From positions 496,001 to 560,000 of the forward strand of contig JAWMAR010000176.1 of NCBI GenBank assembly GCA_036785375.1: a stretch of DNA of 64,000 nt, read 5' to 3'. Positions within the stretch are counted from its first letter, which is position 1, and each line of letters opens with the position of its first letter. The notes beneath the pieces were generated by a model that was given only the letters and a program-made list of their open reading frames with translations, searched no databases and was not told the origin of the DNA. The stretch comes from Leucoraja ocellata. Its lineage: Eukaryota. This document shows, in pieces, positions 1-12,742 of the stretch. Made by a program: the position numbers and the translations under genes.

Positions 1-572
1 TGTCAGCTTCTCTTTATCTGAATAGTGGGAATATTTGTTACAGTTGTACAAGACGTTGGTGAAGCCACATTTGGAGTACTGTGTTCAGTGTTTGTCACCC
101 TGCTCTAGGAAGGAAGTCATTGAACTGGGAAGAGTGCGGAGAGGATATATGAGGATGTTGCCAGGGCCAGAGAGACTGATCTATAGGGAGAGGTTGAGTG
201 AGGTAGACTTGGAATGCAAGAAGGTGAGGGGTGATCTTATGGAGGTGTATAAAATCATGAGGGGGATAGGGTGAATGAGTCTTATACCCAGGGTAGGGAA
301 TCAAACACTAAAAAACATTGGTTTAAGGTAAGAGGGGCAAGATTTAATAGGAACCTGAAGGGCAGCCTTTTCCTTCAGAGGGTGGAGGGTATATAGACCA
401 AGCTGCCAAAGGAGGTATTTGAGGCAGGTACTATAACAGCATTTCAAAGACACTTGAAATGGACAGGAACATGGATAGAAATGTTTAGAGATTTGGGCCA
501 AATTTGGGCAAAGTTGGGGCACTTTAGTCAGCTAGGATGAGTTGGGCCAAAGGGCTTGTTTCTGTGCTGTGT
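1..572 (+). mobile_element. CR1/HER1-type LINE 3' fragment
   Basis: Translation LQLYKTLVKPHLEYCVQ...RGDLMEVYKIMRG is the CR1 ORF2 C-terminus; followed by a typical tail gggccaaagggcttgtttctgtgctgt. Confidence 0.88.
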
Positions 573-1019
573 GAAGGATTGAAAACATTGCACAAATGTG
601 TTTAAACGTGCATGCTTCCATGGCATCATCACGAATGTATAACATTAAATAATAAAACATAATTGGACAAAGATATGAACTGAAAAAGTGAATAGTTTAC
701 TAGCATTACTAATGAATAACAACAACTGCCCACTCATCTACTTGTTCACTTCTACTGAGATCTTGAATAATGCTCTACTCAACTTGGAGAATGGTTGCCA
801 AAGGAAATTTTCGGTTATTTCTTTTTCTGCTGTTGTTTGCTGCCCGCAGGCTAAATGAAATATCATGGAATGCCTCAGGTGCAAAATTCCAAACCAAGAC
901 GTAACTTTTCCTTGTTTTTTGAAAAATTATAACATTTGGTTTTGCAGAGCTCTCGTCTTGGAGGTGAACAGGTTATTTGCCTTCTAGTGGTAATGTGCCC
1001 TTCAAGGTAAAGCAAAAAT

Positions 1020-1230
1020 AAGTTTACACTTTCTCCCTGTGACTGTGGATTTTCTCCACGTGCTCCAGTTTTCTCTCATATTCCAAAGGTGTGAAGATTG
1101 TAGGTTACTAGGGCTCTATAAATTGTCTCTCGGATGCAAAAGTGGGATAACATAGAACCAGTGTACAGGTGATTGATGGTTGACGTAGACTTGGTGGGCC
1201 GAAGACGTTGACATACTGTATCCCGAAATT
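1020..1230 (+). mobile_element. HE1-like SINE, 5'-truncated
   Basis: ttctccctgtgactgtggattttctcc...tgctccagttttctc core and gtgggccgaag tail, similar to the fuller copy at 40380. Confidence 0.6.
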
Positions 1231-1482
1231 CTAGAATCTAGCTTATGTCAAATAAAAAATAAAATGCTGATTGAAATCAAATGGCTCCTTTTAGATTGGC
1301 TAATTAACTTATTTGTCACCTTTTGATGAACCAAATGGGTTGATGGACGTATGGATGATGTGAGTAAAAATATACTTTTATAGGCAAGGAGAGACCTATG
1401 CCTGGAGTGCTGGTATTTTATTAAAATGCTTGATTAAGGGATAATTTGTTTCAGATTAAAGAACTTTCAGTTCTGGTCATAG

Positions 1483-1790
1483 ATAGACACAAAATGCTGG
1501 AGTAACTCAGCGAGATAGGCAGCATCTCTGGATAGAAGGAATGGGTCAAGACCCCTCTTCAGTCTGAGAATCAGGGGAGAGGGATACAAGAGATATGAAA
1601 GGGTAAGGTCTGAAAATTATAAATCAAAGAAGACAAAGTTTAAGGAAAATGTAGAATAGATCAGTTAGCTAGGGGAAGATCACCACAAGGCATCCAATGT
1701 AACATTTAAGATGCTGCCTAAACCACTGAGTTGCTCCAGCATTTTGTGCCTATCGTTGGCATACACCAGCATCTGCAGTTCCTACCTACA
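1483..1790. mobile_element. Penelope-derived short repeat with inverted arms
   Basis: acacaaaatgctggagtaactcagc at 1486 and its inverse ctgagttgctccagcattttgtg at ~1726; cagcatctgcagttc motif shared with the Penelope termini at 44690 and 63440. Confidence 0.65.
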
Positions 1791-1799
1791 CATTTCAGC

Positions 1800-2275
1800 T
1801 CTGGCTACCCAATTACAGGAAGCATGTGGAGGATTTGGAAAGACACCAGAGGAAGTTTACCAGAGAAGTTGGACAGACTTGGATTTTTTTTCTTTGGAAT
1901 GCCAGCGAATGCGGGGAGACTTGATAGAGGTATATAAAATCATGAGAGGCATAGATAGGGTAGACGGGTAGAACCTGTATCCCAGGGTGGAAAAATCAAA
2001 AGAGGGCATAGCTTCAAGATGGGAGGGGCAAAATTTGAAGGAGATGTGTAGGATGAGTTTTTTTACACAGAGGGTGGTGAGTGCCTGGAATACACTGCTG
2101 GTTGAAGAAGATATGTTAGTGCCATTTAAAAGACTTTTGGATAGGCAGATGGATATGCAGGGAATGGAGAGATGTGGATTATGTGCAGGTAGATCTGATG
2201 ATCTTGGCATTATGTTTACCACATACATTGCGTGCTGAAAGGCCTGTTCTAGTGCTGTACTGTCCTATGTTCTAA
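1800..2275 (+). mobile_element. CR1 LINE 3' fragment
   Basis: RMRGDLIEVYKIMRGIDRVD and FFTQRVVSAWN motifs plus 3' tail. Confidence 0.85.
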
Positions 2276-2394
2276 GGTCTACAGATGAACAACATGGTAG
2301 GCCTTAGGAACCTGAGTCTCTGGTCAAAAATACGCAGGTGGGCTGCTGGATGATGCCCTGCTTTCTAGAGACTGTCCTTTGTAAGGGGGACATA

Positions 2395-4112
2395 CAGTGC
2401 CCTCCATAATGTTTGGGACAAAGACCCATCATTTATTTATTTACCTCTGTACTCCACAATTTGAGATTTGTAATATGAAATTTACATGTGGTTAAAGAGC
2501 ACATTGTCAGATTTTAATAAAGGCCATTTTTATACATTTTGGTTTCACCATGTGGAAATTACAGCAGTGTTTATTCATTGTCCTTTTATTTCAGGGCACC
2601 ATAATGTTTAGGACACAGCAATGTCTTGTAAATGAAAGTAGTCATGTTTAGTATTTGGTTGCATATCTTTTTCATGCAATGACTGCTTGAAGTCTGCAAT
2701 TCATGGATATCACCAGTTGCTGGGTGTCTTCTCTGGTGATGCTCTGCCAGGCCTGTATTGCAGCCATCTTTAGCTTACGCTCATTTTGGGGGCTAGTCCC
2801 CTTTAGTTTTCGCTTCAGCATATAAAAGGCATGCTCAATTGGGTTCAGATCGGGTGATTGACTTGGCCACTCTTGAATTTACCATTTTTTAGCTTTGAAA
2901 AACTCCTTTGTTGTGTTAGCAGTATGTTTGGGATCATTGTCTTGCTGTGGAATGAACTGCCGGCCAATGGGTTTTCAGGCATTTGGTTGAACTTGAGCAG
3001 ATAGGATGTGTCTATACACTTTAGAACTCACCAATATCATCAATTAAGATAAATGACCCAGTACCTTCAGCAGCCATACATGCCCAGGCCATAACACCCC
3101 ACCACTGAGTTTCACAGATGAGGTGGTATGTTTTGGATCTTGGGAAGTTCCTTCTCTCCTCCATACTTTGCTCTTGCCATTACTCTGATATGTTAATCTT
3201 CATCTCATCTGTCCACAAGACCCTTTTCCAGAACTGTGGTTGCTCTTTTTAGTACTTATTTGCAAACTGTAACCCGGCCATTCTATGTTTGCGGCTAACC
3301 AGTGGTTTGCATCTTGCAGTGTGGTCTCTGTATTTCTGTTCATTAAGTCTTCTGAGGACAGTGGTCATTTACAAATTCGCACCTGACTCCTGAAGAGTGT
3401 TTCTGATCTGTCGGACAGGTGTTTGGTTGTTTTTCTTTATTAGAGATGGAATTCTTGTGTCATCAGCTGTGAAGGTCTTCCCTGGCCTGCCAGTCCCTTT
3501 GCGATTAGTGAACTCACTAGTGCTCACTTTCTTCTTAATGATGTTCCAAACAGTTGATTTTGGTAAGCCTAAGGTTGGCTGATGTCTCTGGCAGTTTTAT
3601 TCTTGTTTCTCAGTCTCATAATGACTTATTTGACTTTCATTGGCACAACTTTGGTCCTCATGTTGATAAACAGCAATAAACGTTTCCAAAGGTGATGGAA
3701 ATACTAGGTGCTGAGAGCTCTTTTATATCTGCTTTGAGGAGGCATTTAAACACACCTGAGCAATCACAAATGCATGTGAAGCCATGTGTCCCAAACATGA
3801 TGGTGCCCTGAAATGGGGGGACCTTTATTAAAATCTGGCAATGTGCACTTTAACCAAATATAATTTGTTCTATTACAAATCGCACATTGTGTTGTACAGA
3901 GGCAATTACATAAATGATGGGCCTTTGTCCCAAACATTCAAGTCAAGTCAAGTCAAGTTTATTTGTCACATACACATACGAGATGTGCAGTGAAATGAAA
4001 GTGGCAATGCTCGCGGACTTTTGTGCAAAAGACAAACAACAAAACAACCAAACAAATTATAAACACAATCATAACACACATATTCTTTTACATAATATTA
4101 TAGAGGGAACTG
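2395..4112 (-). mobile_element. Tc1-like DNA transposon (IR/DR type) with decayed transposase
   Basis: TA|cagtgccctccataatgtttgggacaaag left end. The right TIR (ctttgtcccaaacatt...atagagggaactg|TA) is split by an insertion. Inner direct repeat ccataatgtttaggacac at ~2599, mirrored at ~3786. Minus-strand remnant reads VIMRLRNKNKTARDIS..LGLPKSTVWNIIKK (Tc1 paired-like HTH) with stops and frameshifts. Confidence 0.9.
3939..4097 (-). mobile_element. Rex1/Babar-type non-LTR 3' end inserted in the Tc1 right TIR
   Basis: Minus strand reads catttcactgcacatctcgtatgtgtatgtgacaaataaa(cttga)n: hairpin, AATAAA-like motif and pentamer tail. Confidence 0.7.
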
Positions 4113-4247
4113 TAATTAGGGCCAGAAAGTGCTGAAGCGCATCAGATAGAATCAAGGATGAAATGGATATTGCTGAAGTAGAAGTCATAGTCAAGATTAG
4201 AGGAAATTACTTGGGTGCTGGAGATGTAGGATGAGACAAACTATTAT

Positions 4248-7200
4248 GTTTTAGACAATAGACTGTGCAGGAGTAGGCCATTCAGCCCTTCGAGCCAGCA
4301 CCGCCATTCACTGTGATCATGACTGATCATCCATAATCTATACCCCGTTCCTTCCTTCTCTCCATATCCCTTGACTCCACTATCTTTAAGAGCTCTAACT
4401 CTCTCTGGAAAGCATCCAGAGAATTGGCCTCCACTGCCTTCTGAGGCAGAGAATTCCACAGATTCACAACTATCTGGGTGAAAAAGTGTTTCCTCATCTC
4501 CATTCTAAATGGCCTATCCCTTATTCTTAAACTGTGGCCCTTGGTTTAGGACTCCCCCAACATCGGGAACATGTTTCCTGCCTCTAGCATGTCCAATCCC
4601 TTAATAATGTTATATGTTGCAATATGATAGCCTCTCATCCTTCTAAATTCCAGTGTATTCAAGCCCAGTCGCTCCATTCTTTCAACATATGACAGTCCCG
4701 CCATCCTGGGAATTAACCTCGTGAACCTACGCTGCACTCCCTCAATAGCAAGAATGTCCTCAAATTTGGAGACCAAAACTGCACACAATACTCCAGGTGT
4801 GGTCTCACTAGGGTTCTGTTCAACCACAGAAGGACCTCTATGCTCCTATACTCAATTCCTCTTGTTATGAAGGTTATGCCATTAGATTTCTTCAATGCCT
4901 GCTGTATCTGCATGCTTACTTTCAGTGACTGATGAACAAGTAAACACAGATCTTGTTGCACTTCCCCTTTCCCTAACTTGACACCATTCGGATAATAATT
5001 TGCCTTCCTGTTCTTTCCACAAAAGTGGATATCCTCACATGTATCCACATTACACTGCATCTGTCATGCATCTGCTCACTCACCCAACCTGTCTTCCAGT
5101 ACATCTGGGAGATTGTTTGTATCTTCCTTATTGAAGACAGATTCAAAGTACCTGTTCAACTTGTATGCCATTTCCTTGTTCCCCATAATAAATGCACCTG
5201 TTTCTGTCTTCAAGGGACCCACATTTGTCTTAACTAATTTTTTCCTCTTCAATACCTAAAGAAGCTTTTACTATCCTCCTTTATATTCTTGACTAGCTTA
5301 CCTTCATACCTCATCTTTTCTCCCCATATTGCCTTTATAGTTATCTTCTGTTGCTCTTTAAAAATGTTCCCAATCCTCTGGCTTCCTGCTCATCTTTGCT
5401 ATGTTATACTTCTCTTTTATTTTTATACTGTCCTTGACTTCGCTTGTCAGCCATGGTCGCCTCCTACTATCCTTAGAACCTTTCTTCCTCTTCAGAATGA
5501 ACTGACCCTGCACCTTCTGTATTATTCCCAGAAATACCTGCCATTGTTGTTCCACTGTCATCCATGCTAGGGTATCTTTTCAGTCAACTTTGGCCAGCTC
5601 GACCCTCATGCCTCCATAGTCCCCTTTGCTCAACTGAAATACTGACACTTCTTACGATTTTCCAATTTCCCTCTCAAATTGGAGAATAAAACGTATCATA
5701 TTATGGTTACTACATCGCAATGGCTCCTTTAACTTGAGTTCCCTTATCTAATCTGGTTCATTACACATCACTGAATCCACAATTGCCTTCTCCCTGGTTG
5801 GCTCCAGCACAAGCTACTCTAAGAATCCATCTTGGAGGCACTCCACAAACTCCCTTTCTTGGGGTCCAGTACCAACCTGATTTTCTCAGTCTACCTGTAT
5901 GTTGAAATCTCCCATAACCACCGTATCATTACCTTTGCAACATGCCAATTTTGATTCAACGTACCTTGCTGTTTGGGCGCCTGTAGATAAGTCCCATCCT
6001 AAAGGTATTTTTAATCTTACAATTCATCAGTTCTATCCATACTGACTCTACATCTCCTGATTCTATGCCACCCCTCGAAATTGACTGAACTTCATTCCAT
6101 ATGAACAAGCTACCCCACCCCTTCTGCCCACCTATCTGTCTTTTCGATAGGACATATACCCCTGAATATTCAGTAGCTCCAATCTCTAACGGAGCCTTAG
6201 ACTCATCAACTTTATTTCTTATACTTCACGCATTCATATACAACACTTTAACTTCGGTATTCACCTCCTCTCTCACACAGGTCACTGTTGGCCCTGACCT
6301 TACTCTCTTATCCCTTCTCAAACTTTGCTTCCCGTTAATTCGAGAGTCTTTTGTAATTTTTCCTGTACTCACTTCCCCTTTAACTCCATCTTCATACTCC
6401 CAATTTGTCAATAACCCCCACCCGCTATTTAGGTTAAACCCACACGTGTAGCATTAGCAAACCTGCCTGCAAGAATGTTGGTCCCCCTCCAGTTAAGGTG
6501 TGACCCGTCCCTTTTGTACAGGTCACACCTACCCCAGAAGAGATCCCAGTGGTCTATAAATCTAAATCCCTGCTCCCTGCACCAGCCCCCTAGCCACACA
6601 GATCCCTATCTCTCTGTTCCTGCCCTCACCAGCACAAGGGCAGGAACAGAAGGGGGACGCGTCCCCCGTGCTTTGAGAGGTGGGAGACAATCTCCCCCAT
6701 ATTTTGTAATCCGGACTTTATCAGATGCTTTCTAAGGGCTGAATCGGCCCATTCACGGGGTCTTTCAGCGCCCGACGCGGCTTAAAATCAAACTGCTGCA
6801 TCGAAGCGATCGAGGCTCCCAATGTTGAAGCCTCCGCCGGCAGATTTAAAGCTCCCGCCAGCCAATTCAAGCCCCATGATTCGGGGCGGACAAAGCTGCT
6901 GTTGTAGGAGTTCAGAGTTGGTCACCAACCAGGTCAATTTCCGATGTTACCTTCCACAGGGCCCACGGCCGAAGCCTCGCATGTGTGAGCATGCGCGCTC
7001 TTGCGTGTGTGTGCATGCGCACAACTACCGAGAAATTGTGTCCCCCCCCATGTTTTGATTGTGATTTCCGTACCTGGCACGAGGTACTGGAAGCAATCCC
7101 GAGATAACCACCTTGGAAGTTCTGCCTTTAGGTCTTCTTCCGAATTCTCTGAACTCGCGTTGCAGAACTTCCTCCATCGTCTTCCTGACGTTGTTTGTGC

Positions 7201-8010
7201 CCACGTGCACAACTACTTCCGACTGTTCACCTTCCCTCTCAAGGCTGTTCTGAAGTCAGTTTGTGACATCCTGAAACCTGGCACCAGGGAGGCAACAGAA
7301 CATCCTTGAGTCTCTCCTGCCGCCACAGAATCTCCTGTCGGCACCTCGGACAATGGAGTCACCCACCACTATGGCTCTGCCCGAAGTCGGTCTCGCTGGT
7401 CAAGTCTCATCGCTAGGATTGGAGCCACTGACCTGTTTGCCGCTCAGACTGGAAACATCATCTGCCCCGACAGCTCCAAAGAATGTGTACCTGTTTTCAT
7501 TAGGCACAGCCACCGGGGTCTCCTGCACTCCACATTTACTCCCCTTTCTAAAAGTCACCCACCTTTGCTCTTCCAGTATCCTTGGTATGATAACTTCACT
7601 GAAGGTCTTGTCCAGGAAACTCCCATTTCCCGGCTGGCCCTGAGGTCATCCAGCTGCTTCTCCAGTTCCCCAACACATTCATTCAGGAGCTGCAACTGGA
7701 CACAATTTCTGCAGGTGGAGTTTCCAGAAGCACCAGCGGTGTCTCTGACTTCCCACATCCTGCAGGAAACACACTGCACCAACTTGCCTGCCATTTCTTC
7801 AGTGCCAAAAATCACAAATTTCGATCAAGTGTAGCCTCCTTGCCCCAGCCTCCTCGCCGAAGACTCTCGAGCCAAAGACTCACACTTTACTCACCAAATC
7901 ACCAAATCACTTCACCTCAACAAGGCTGCTCCCAACAAGGCCGCTCCTCTACAGCTGCACTTCTTTATCTGTTACCTAATAAACTACTTTAGGGCTAATA
8001 TGTAAATTAC
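4248..8010 (-). mobile_element. Long CR1 LINE, decayed (ORF1 zinc finger + SGNH esterase, ORF2 endonuclease; RT core deleted)
   Basis: 7555-7815 MAGKLVQCVSC..CRNC zinc finger; 7025-7210 HVGTNNV esterase; ~6230 LYMNA endonuclease start; 4546-5060 PHLEYCVQFWSP and RRFTRLIP C-terminus. The sequence jumps at ~5095 across the RT core. Confidence 0.92.
6635..7076. mobile_element. Unclassified non-autonomous DNA element nested in CR1 ORF1
   Basis: Interrupts CR1 sequence ccagca/cgaggtactggaag with a gca(c) duplication; CA...TG ends with weak terminal symmetry; CpG-rich interior. Confidence 0.65.
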
Positions 8011-9479
8011 TCGAACCTGGGCCTTTGCCACTCTTTTTAAATGTTCTTTCCCTCTGACTCACCTACTTCCAGCCAATACTCGCTCTCGCTGCATCTGACT
8101 GCTGCTTCTCTCAGACCTTCACGGATCTTATGGGGGGAGATATAAGCTGACTTCAAGTGTGTGGCATTATCAGGATGTTTATGAATGTGTTGTATTTATT
8201 TTAACATGGTGAAATAGGTTTCCTTTCAGTTCTTCATTGCTTCCCTCACTAACAAAACAATCTGCTTGCCACTTTCTTGCAATGTGGTATTATGAAGGTG
8301 CTCCTTTACAAACCACTTTCCTCCAAAATCTAACATGTACTTCAACAAGACAGTGTTTAGCCTCAATATGTTTTATAAAAATGAATCATGTACATTTCGA
8401 ATTTCTGCATCAAACTTGTTAACAAATAAAATGTAATAAAAATATGATTAGTTGCATCGTTAAGGAAGAAAATGGCAAGATAAAATTTAACTATAAACAA
8501 CCATTCGCTAAAAAATAATACCTCCATCCCTGGTGTAACAGAATTAGATTTTCCATCTCCAGATAATTCTGATTTCAAATGCTGAACTCAGTTGAGATTA
8601 ATGGCAGATTCTGGCAATGAAGGGGGCCTTTGGATCGATACCGAGAGTGCCACCTCCATTTGGAAGCTCACTGCCTGCTGCCATCAGTGCTGATATGCTA
8701 TTGATGTTGGGCACCATTCCTGCTGGCAGGGGAGGAGAATCTGATTGAGAACAGTGAGAGGCAGACACTAAGATAGATGAAGCCTGAACAGATGGCTGTG
8801 TTTTATAGCTACTTTAAATGTGAGATGAAGGTTAAAAATAAAAGGATAATATCAGTTTCAGGTATTTGAGAGAACCAAGTTGGAAGAAGAAGAGAGAAAA
8901 ACAACCTAGCAGAACATTTGGATCCAAGCTTGTTTCCAAGTTCTGCTGATGATTGCTGCGTGTGTTTCTAATCAACACATGAACTGACCAATAGCTAATT
9001 TATTACCCAGCAAACTCTGACTGGGTTTAAGCTCCAACTGACAGCGATTGGATAAAAGTTTCATTTCTCCAAGCTGTGCAATTGGCGAACAATTCCCCGT
9101 GGAAATATGGCCTCAGTTAAAACTGCCTGTATTTTGGTAAAGAATAGCATTCTCAGTCAAAATGATTTTTAGGGCAGCTAAAGTAGGCATTGGAAGAATC
9201 CGTGTGCATCAGTATTAATAAATTATCCTCCAGTTACAAATAAATATTTTAATTCAAGGTTTGCAATTATGTTACACTCCATATATTTCTAAAGACAAAT
9301 ATTTTTTCTCCAAATTTAAAATGAATTAACTCGTATGAATTCATTGTATCCACACAGCAGCATGATTTCAGCAACTTAGAGCATAGAGCAGTACAGCACA
9401 GGAGCAGGCTCTTCAGCTCACAATGTCTGTGCCAACCGTGATGCCAATGTCAACTACTGCCATCTGCCTGCACATATGC

Positions 9480-11785
9480 CTGCTGAATGGACATGCCAGG
9501 GACTTGGCCAATAAAGTCTGTTCCTTTGATTGTGCCTCAGATCAGTGATAGATGTACCCCAATATATGAAATAGGCTGAAGGAACATGGGAGATTAAATG
9601 TAAGAAATTCTAAACTCACATAGAAACATCTTTTTTCACAGCCTTTATGAATAGATAACAAAAGGGTTATGTGATTGATGTGATTGAGATGGCATTAGCA
9701 GTGTTTTTGACAAAATGCCAAATGGCATATTGATGAAAAAACTAAAAACCCGGAGGATCCAATGGAGACTAATTTGAGTTGGTTCAGTAGTAAGAAGTTA
9801 AAAGATAATGGTTGATGAATGTTTGGCTTTGATCTTCCAATTTTAACATATAATTTAAGGTTGTGGAATGTGGCTGGTAGTGGGGAAGCTAGATTTAGAC
9901 TGCAGGAAGATATGAATAGCTCGGTAAGTTTGGCAGAGAATTGACAAATGGAAGAAGTGGAAGATAATGCACTTTGGGAAAGTGCAACAGGGGACCAATG
10001 TGAAGGGAAGAATTCTGAAAAAGTGAGGTGATCGAGTTGATTCGATTGGATAGCTTACAAAAAGAGTTTCAACGTACTTTGGTACACGTGGCCATAATAA
10101 ACCTAAACTTAAATCTAAAGATAAACGTTATTGAACAAATCTACATAATGGCAGCAGTCATGTCAACAAGGTGATTAAAAAGGAATCTGGGATAAGTTTC
10201 CTGCTAAAACTGTGAACACACACAAATTAGATCACAGCTAGAGTACTGCACCCAATTCTGGTCACCACATTACAGAGAGATGGGATTATGTTAGAAAAGG
10301 TAAAGAGAAAATTTGCAAAGCTGTCATCAAGGCGACAAAACATCAACTGAGGAAAAAAACAAATAACATGGAGGGATTTTTGGAATAAGGAGACCTGAAT
10401 GTCCTTCTCAGCAAAAGGACCAAGAACTAAAACAGGAGAAATGCTAGAAACGGATCAGAGTAGTGATGTGGTAAAAACATTTCATTCAGGGAGTAGTTTG
10501 GGTCTGCAAGGTGGGATTGCATTGGATATCACTTTCTCTTAGCACAGAATGAATGGCTTTCAGTGTATTAAATTTGCATTGGTTCTATTGAAATTTTCAG
10601 CTGATTTGCATCGTTGAACTTAAATGTGGAAAATTACTATTTAGTTTTATTAACTGCAGCAATTTTCAAAAGCCAAAGAGCACATTCACCTTGGGTTAAA
10701 ATATAAATACACTTAATACCCTTTCAAAACCTTTTAAAAATGTCATAAACTACATGCATTTAGGTATGGCTGATTAGGGAAGGGCAACAGGGCTTTGTAT
10801 GTTGGAGATCGTGTCTCACAAATCTTATTGAGCTTTTTGAAGATGTGACCAAAAAGGATGATGAGGGCAGAGTTGTAGATGCTGTATATATGGATTTCAG
10901 CAAGGCATTTGACAAGATTCCGCATAGCAGGCTGCTCTGGGAAGATTAGATCGCATGAGATCCAAGGAAAGATAACTGAATGGATAGAAATTGGCATTGT
11001 GGAAGGAAGCAGTGGGTGATGGTGGAAGGGTGTTTTTCAGACTGGAGGCCTGTGACTAGTAATGTGCCTCACGGTTCAGTACTGGACCTGTTACTGTTTG
11101 TCATCTACATCAATAATTTGGATGAGAACATAAAAGGCATGATTGGTAAGTTTGCAGATGACACAAATGTGGGTGGCATTGTAGATAGAGAAAATGGGTG
11201 TCAAAATGGACCAGAGGGATCTAGGAGTGCAGGTACATAGTTCCTTGAAAGTGGCATCACAATTAGATAGGGTGATCAATTGACCTTCATCAGTCAGAGT
11301 AATGAGTATAGAAGTTGGGAGGTCATGTTACACTTGTACAAGACATTGGCCAGGTCACATTTAGAGTATTGTGTTCAGTTTTGGTTACCCTGTTGTAGGA
11401 AAGACGTTATTAAGCTGGAAAGGGTACAGAAAAGATTTACAAGGAAGATGCCAGGACTCGAGAGAGAGACTGCGCTATAGGGATAGGTTGATCAGGCTAG
11501 GAATCGAGAACTAGAGGACATAGGCTTAAGGTGAGAGGGGAAAGATTTAATTGGAACCAGAGGGCCAACGTTTTACACAAAGGGTGGTAAGAGTATGGTA
11601 CGAGGTGCCAGAGGAGGTAGTTAAGGCAGTTAATGTTTAAGAAACATTAGACAGGTACGTGGATAAGATAGGTTTAGAGGGATATCGGCAAAACAAAGGC
11701 AGGTAGAACTAGTATAGATGCGGCATGTTGGTCGGCATGGGCAAGTTGTGCCGAAAAGCCTGTTTGCACACATTATGACTATGAG
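9480..11785 (+). mobile_element. Cluster of old and younger CR1 ORF2 fragments
   Basis: 10980-11480 translate to WRPVTSNVPHGSVL...FADDT (RT motifs) and HLEYCVQFW; a more decayed copy lies at 9480-10550. Confidence 0.82.
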
Positions 11786-12032
11786 CTGCAGCCTGTTTTA
11801 AACAGAGTAAATATCACTTACTTTCAAAGCATATATTGTTTTGATTCAGTATTGCCTTTGTTTACTGGGAATTGCTGCAAATTGTGGTCTAGGATTGACT
11901 GGGATAATGGAAACCAAAATCACAGAAAAGGGACATTAAGTATAAAAGTCAGGAAGACGTGTTACAGCTGTATAAAGGATTGGCCAGGCGGTATTTGGAG
12001 TATTGTGTGCAGTTCTGTTCACTGCATTACAG

Positions 12033-12742
12033 GGTTTACAGGGTTTCCATTATTGTCATTCAGACCGAAGTCTGAACGAAATTTCGTGCCTGCAGACATA
12101 CATACATACAATACAATAAAAAAAACAACAATAAACACATATTAACATCCACCATAGTGAGTCCACCTAGCACCTCCTCACTGTGATGGAGGCAAAAGTC
12201 TTAGGGTCTGCAGTCTCTTAGGGTCTGCAGTCCCGACATGGGCGACGCTCCTCCCTCAGGCTGGGCCGCCCCGACATTGGCGCCGCTCCTCCCTCGGGCC
12301 AGGCCGCCCCGACATGGGCGCCGCTCCTCCCTTGGGCTGGGAGCGCCGTACCTCCCCGAGCTCGGCCACTCCGACGGGAGCACCGTTCTACCCTCGTGCT
12401 GGCCGCCCTCACGGGATCGTTACAGCCCCTCACGGAACCCCTGTTCCAGCCCCGAGCCGGACCGTCCTCACGTCAGCGAGCTCAGGGCGAGTCCTGGCGG
12501 GCTCTGCCTCCTGAGCCTCCAGGTCGCCAGATCCGCCATTAGGCCTCAGCGCAGACGGAGGCAGAGAAGGGGAATACAACAAAAAAAGTCGCATTCCCCC
12601 CGCAGGGAGAGACAGCAAGCCCTGTTTCAACCCCCCCACCCCAAAACACAAACTAAAAACCAAAAACTAGACTAACCAAAACGAATAAAACAACACAAAA
12701 AAAAGCAAAAACAAACGGACAGCAGGTGAGCCGCTGCTGCCA
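12033..12742 (-). mobile_element. CpG-rich non-autonomous retroelement (family copy 1)
   Basis: Minus strand: 5' ggcagcagcggctcacc + T-rich tract, GC core, gcctccatcacagtgaggag box, 3' aatttcgttcagacttcggtctgaatgacaataa and short tandem tail. Confidence 0.75.
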
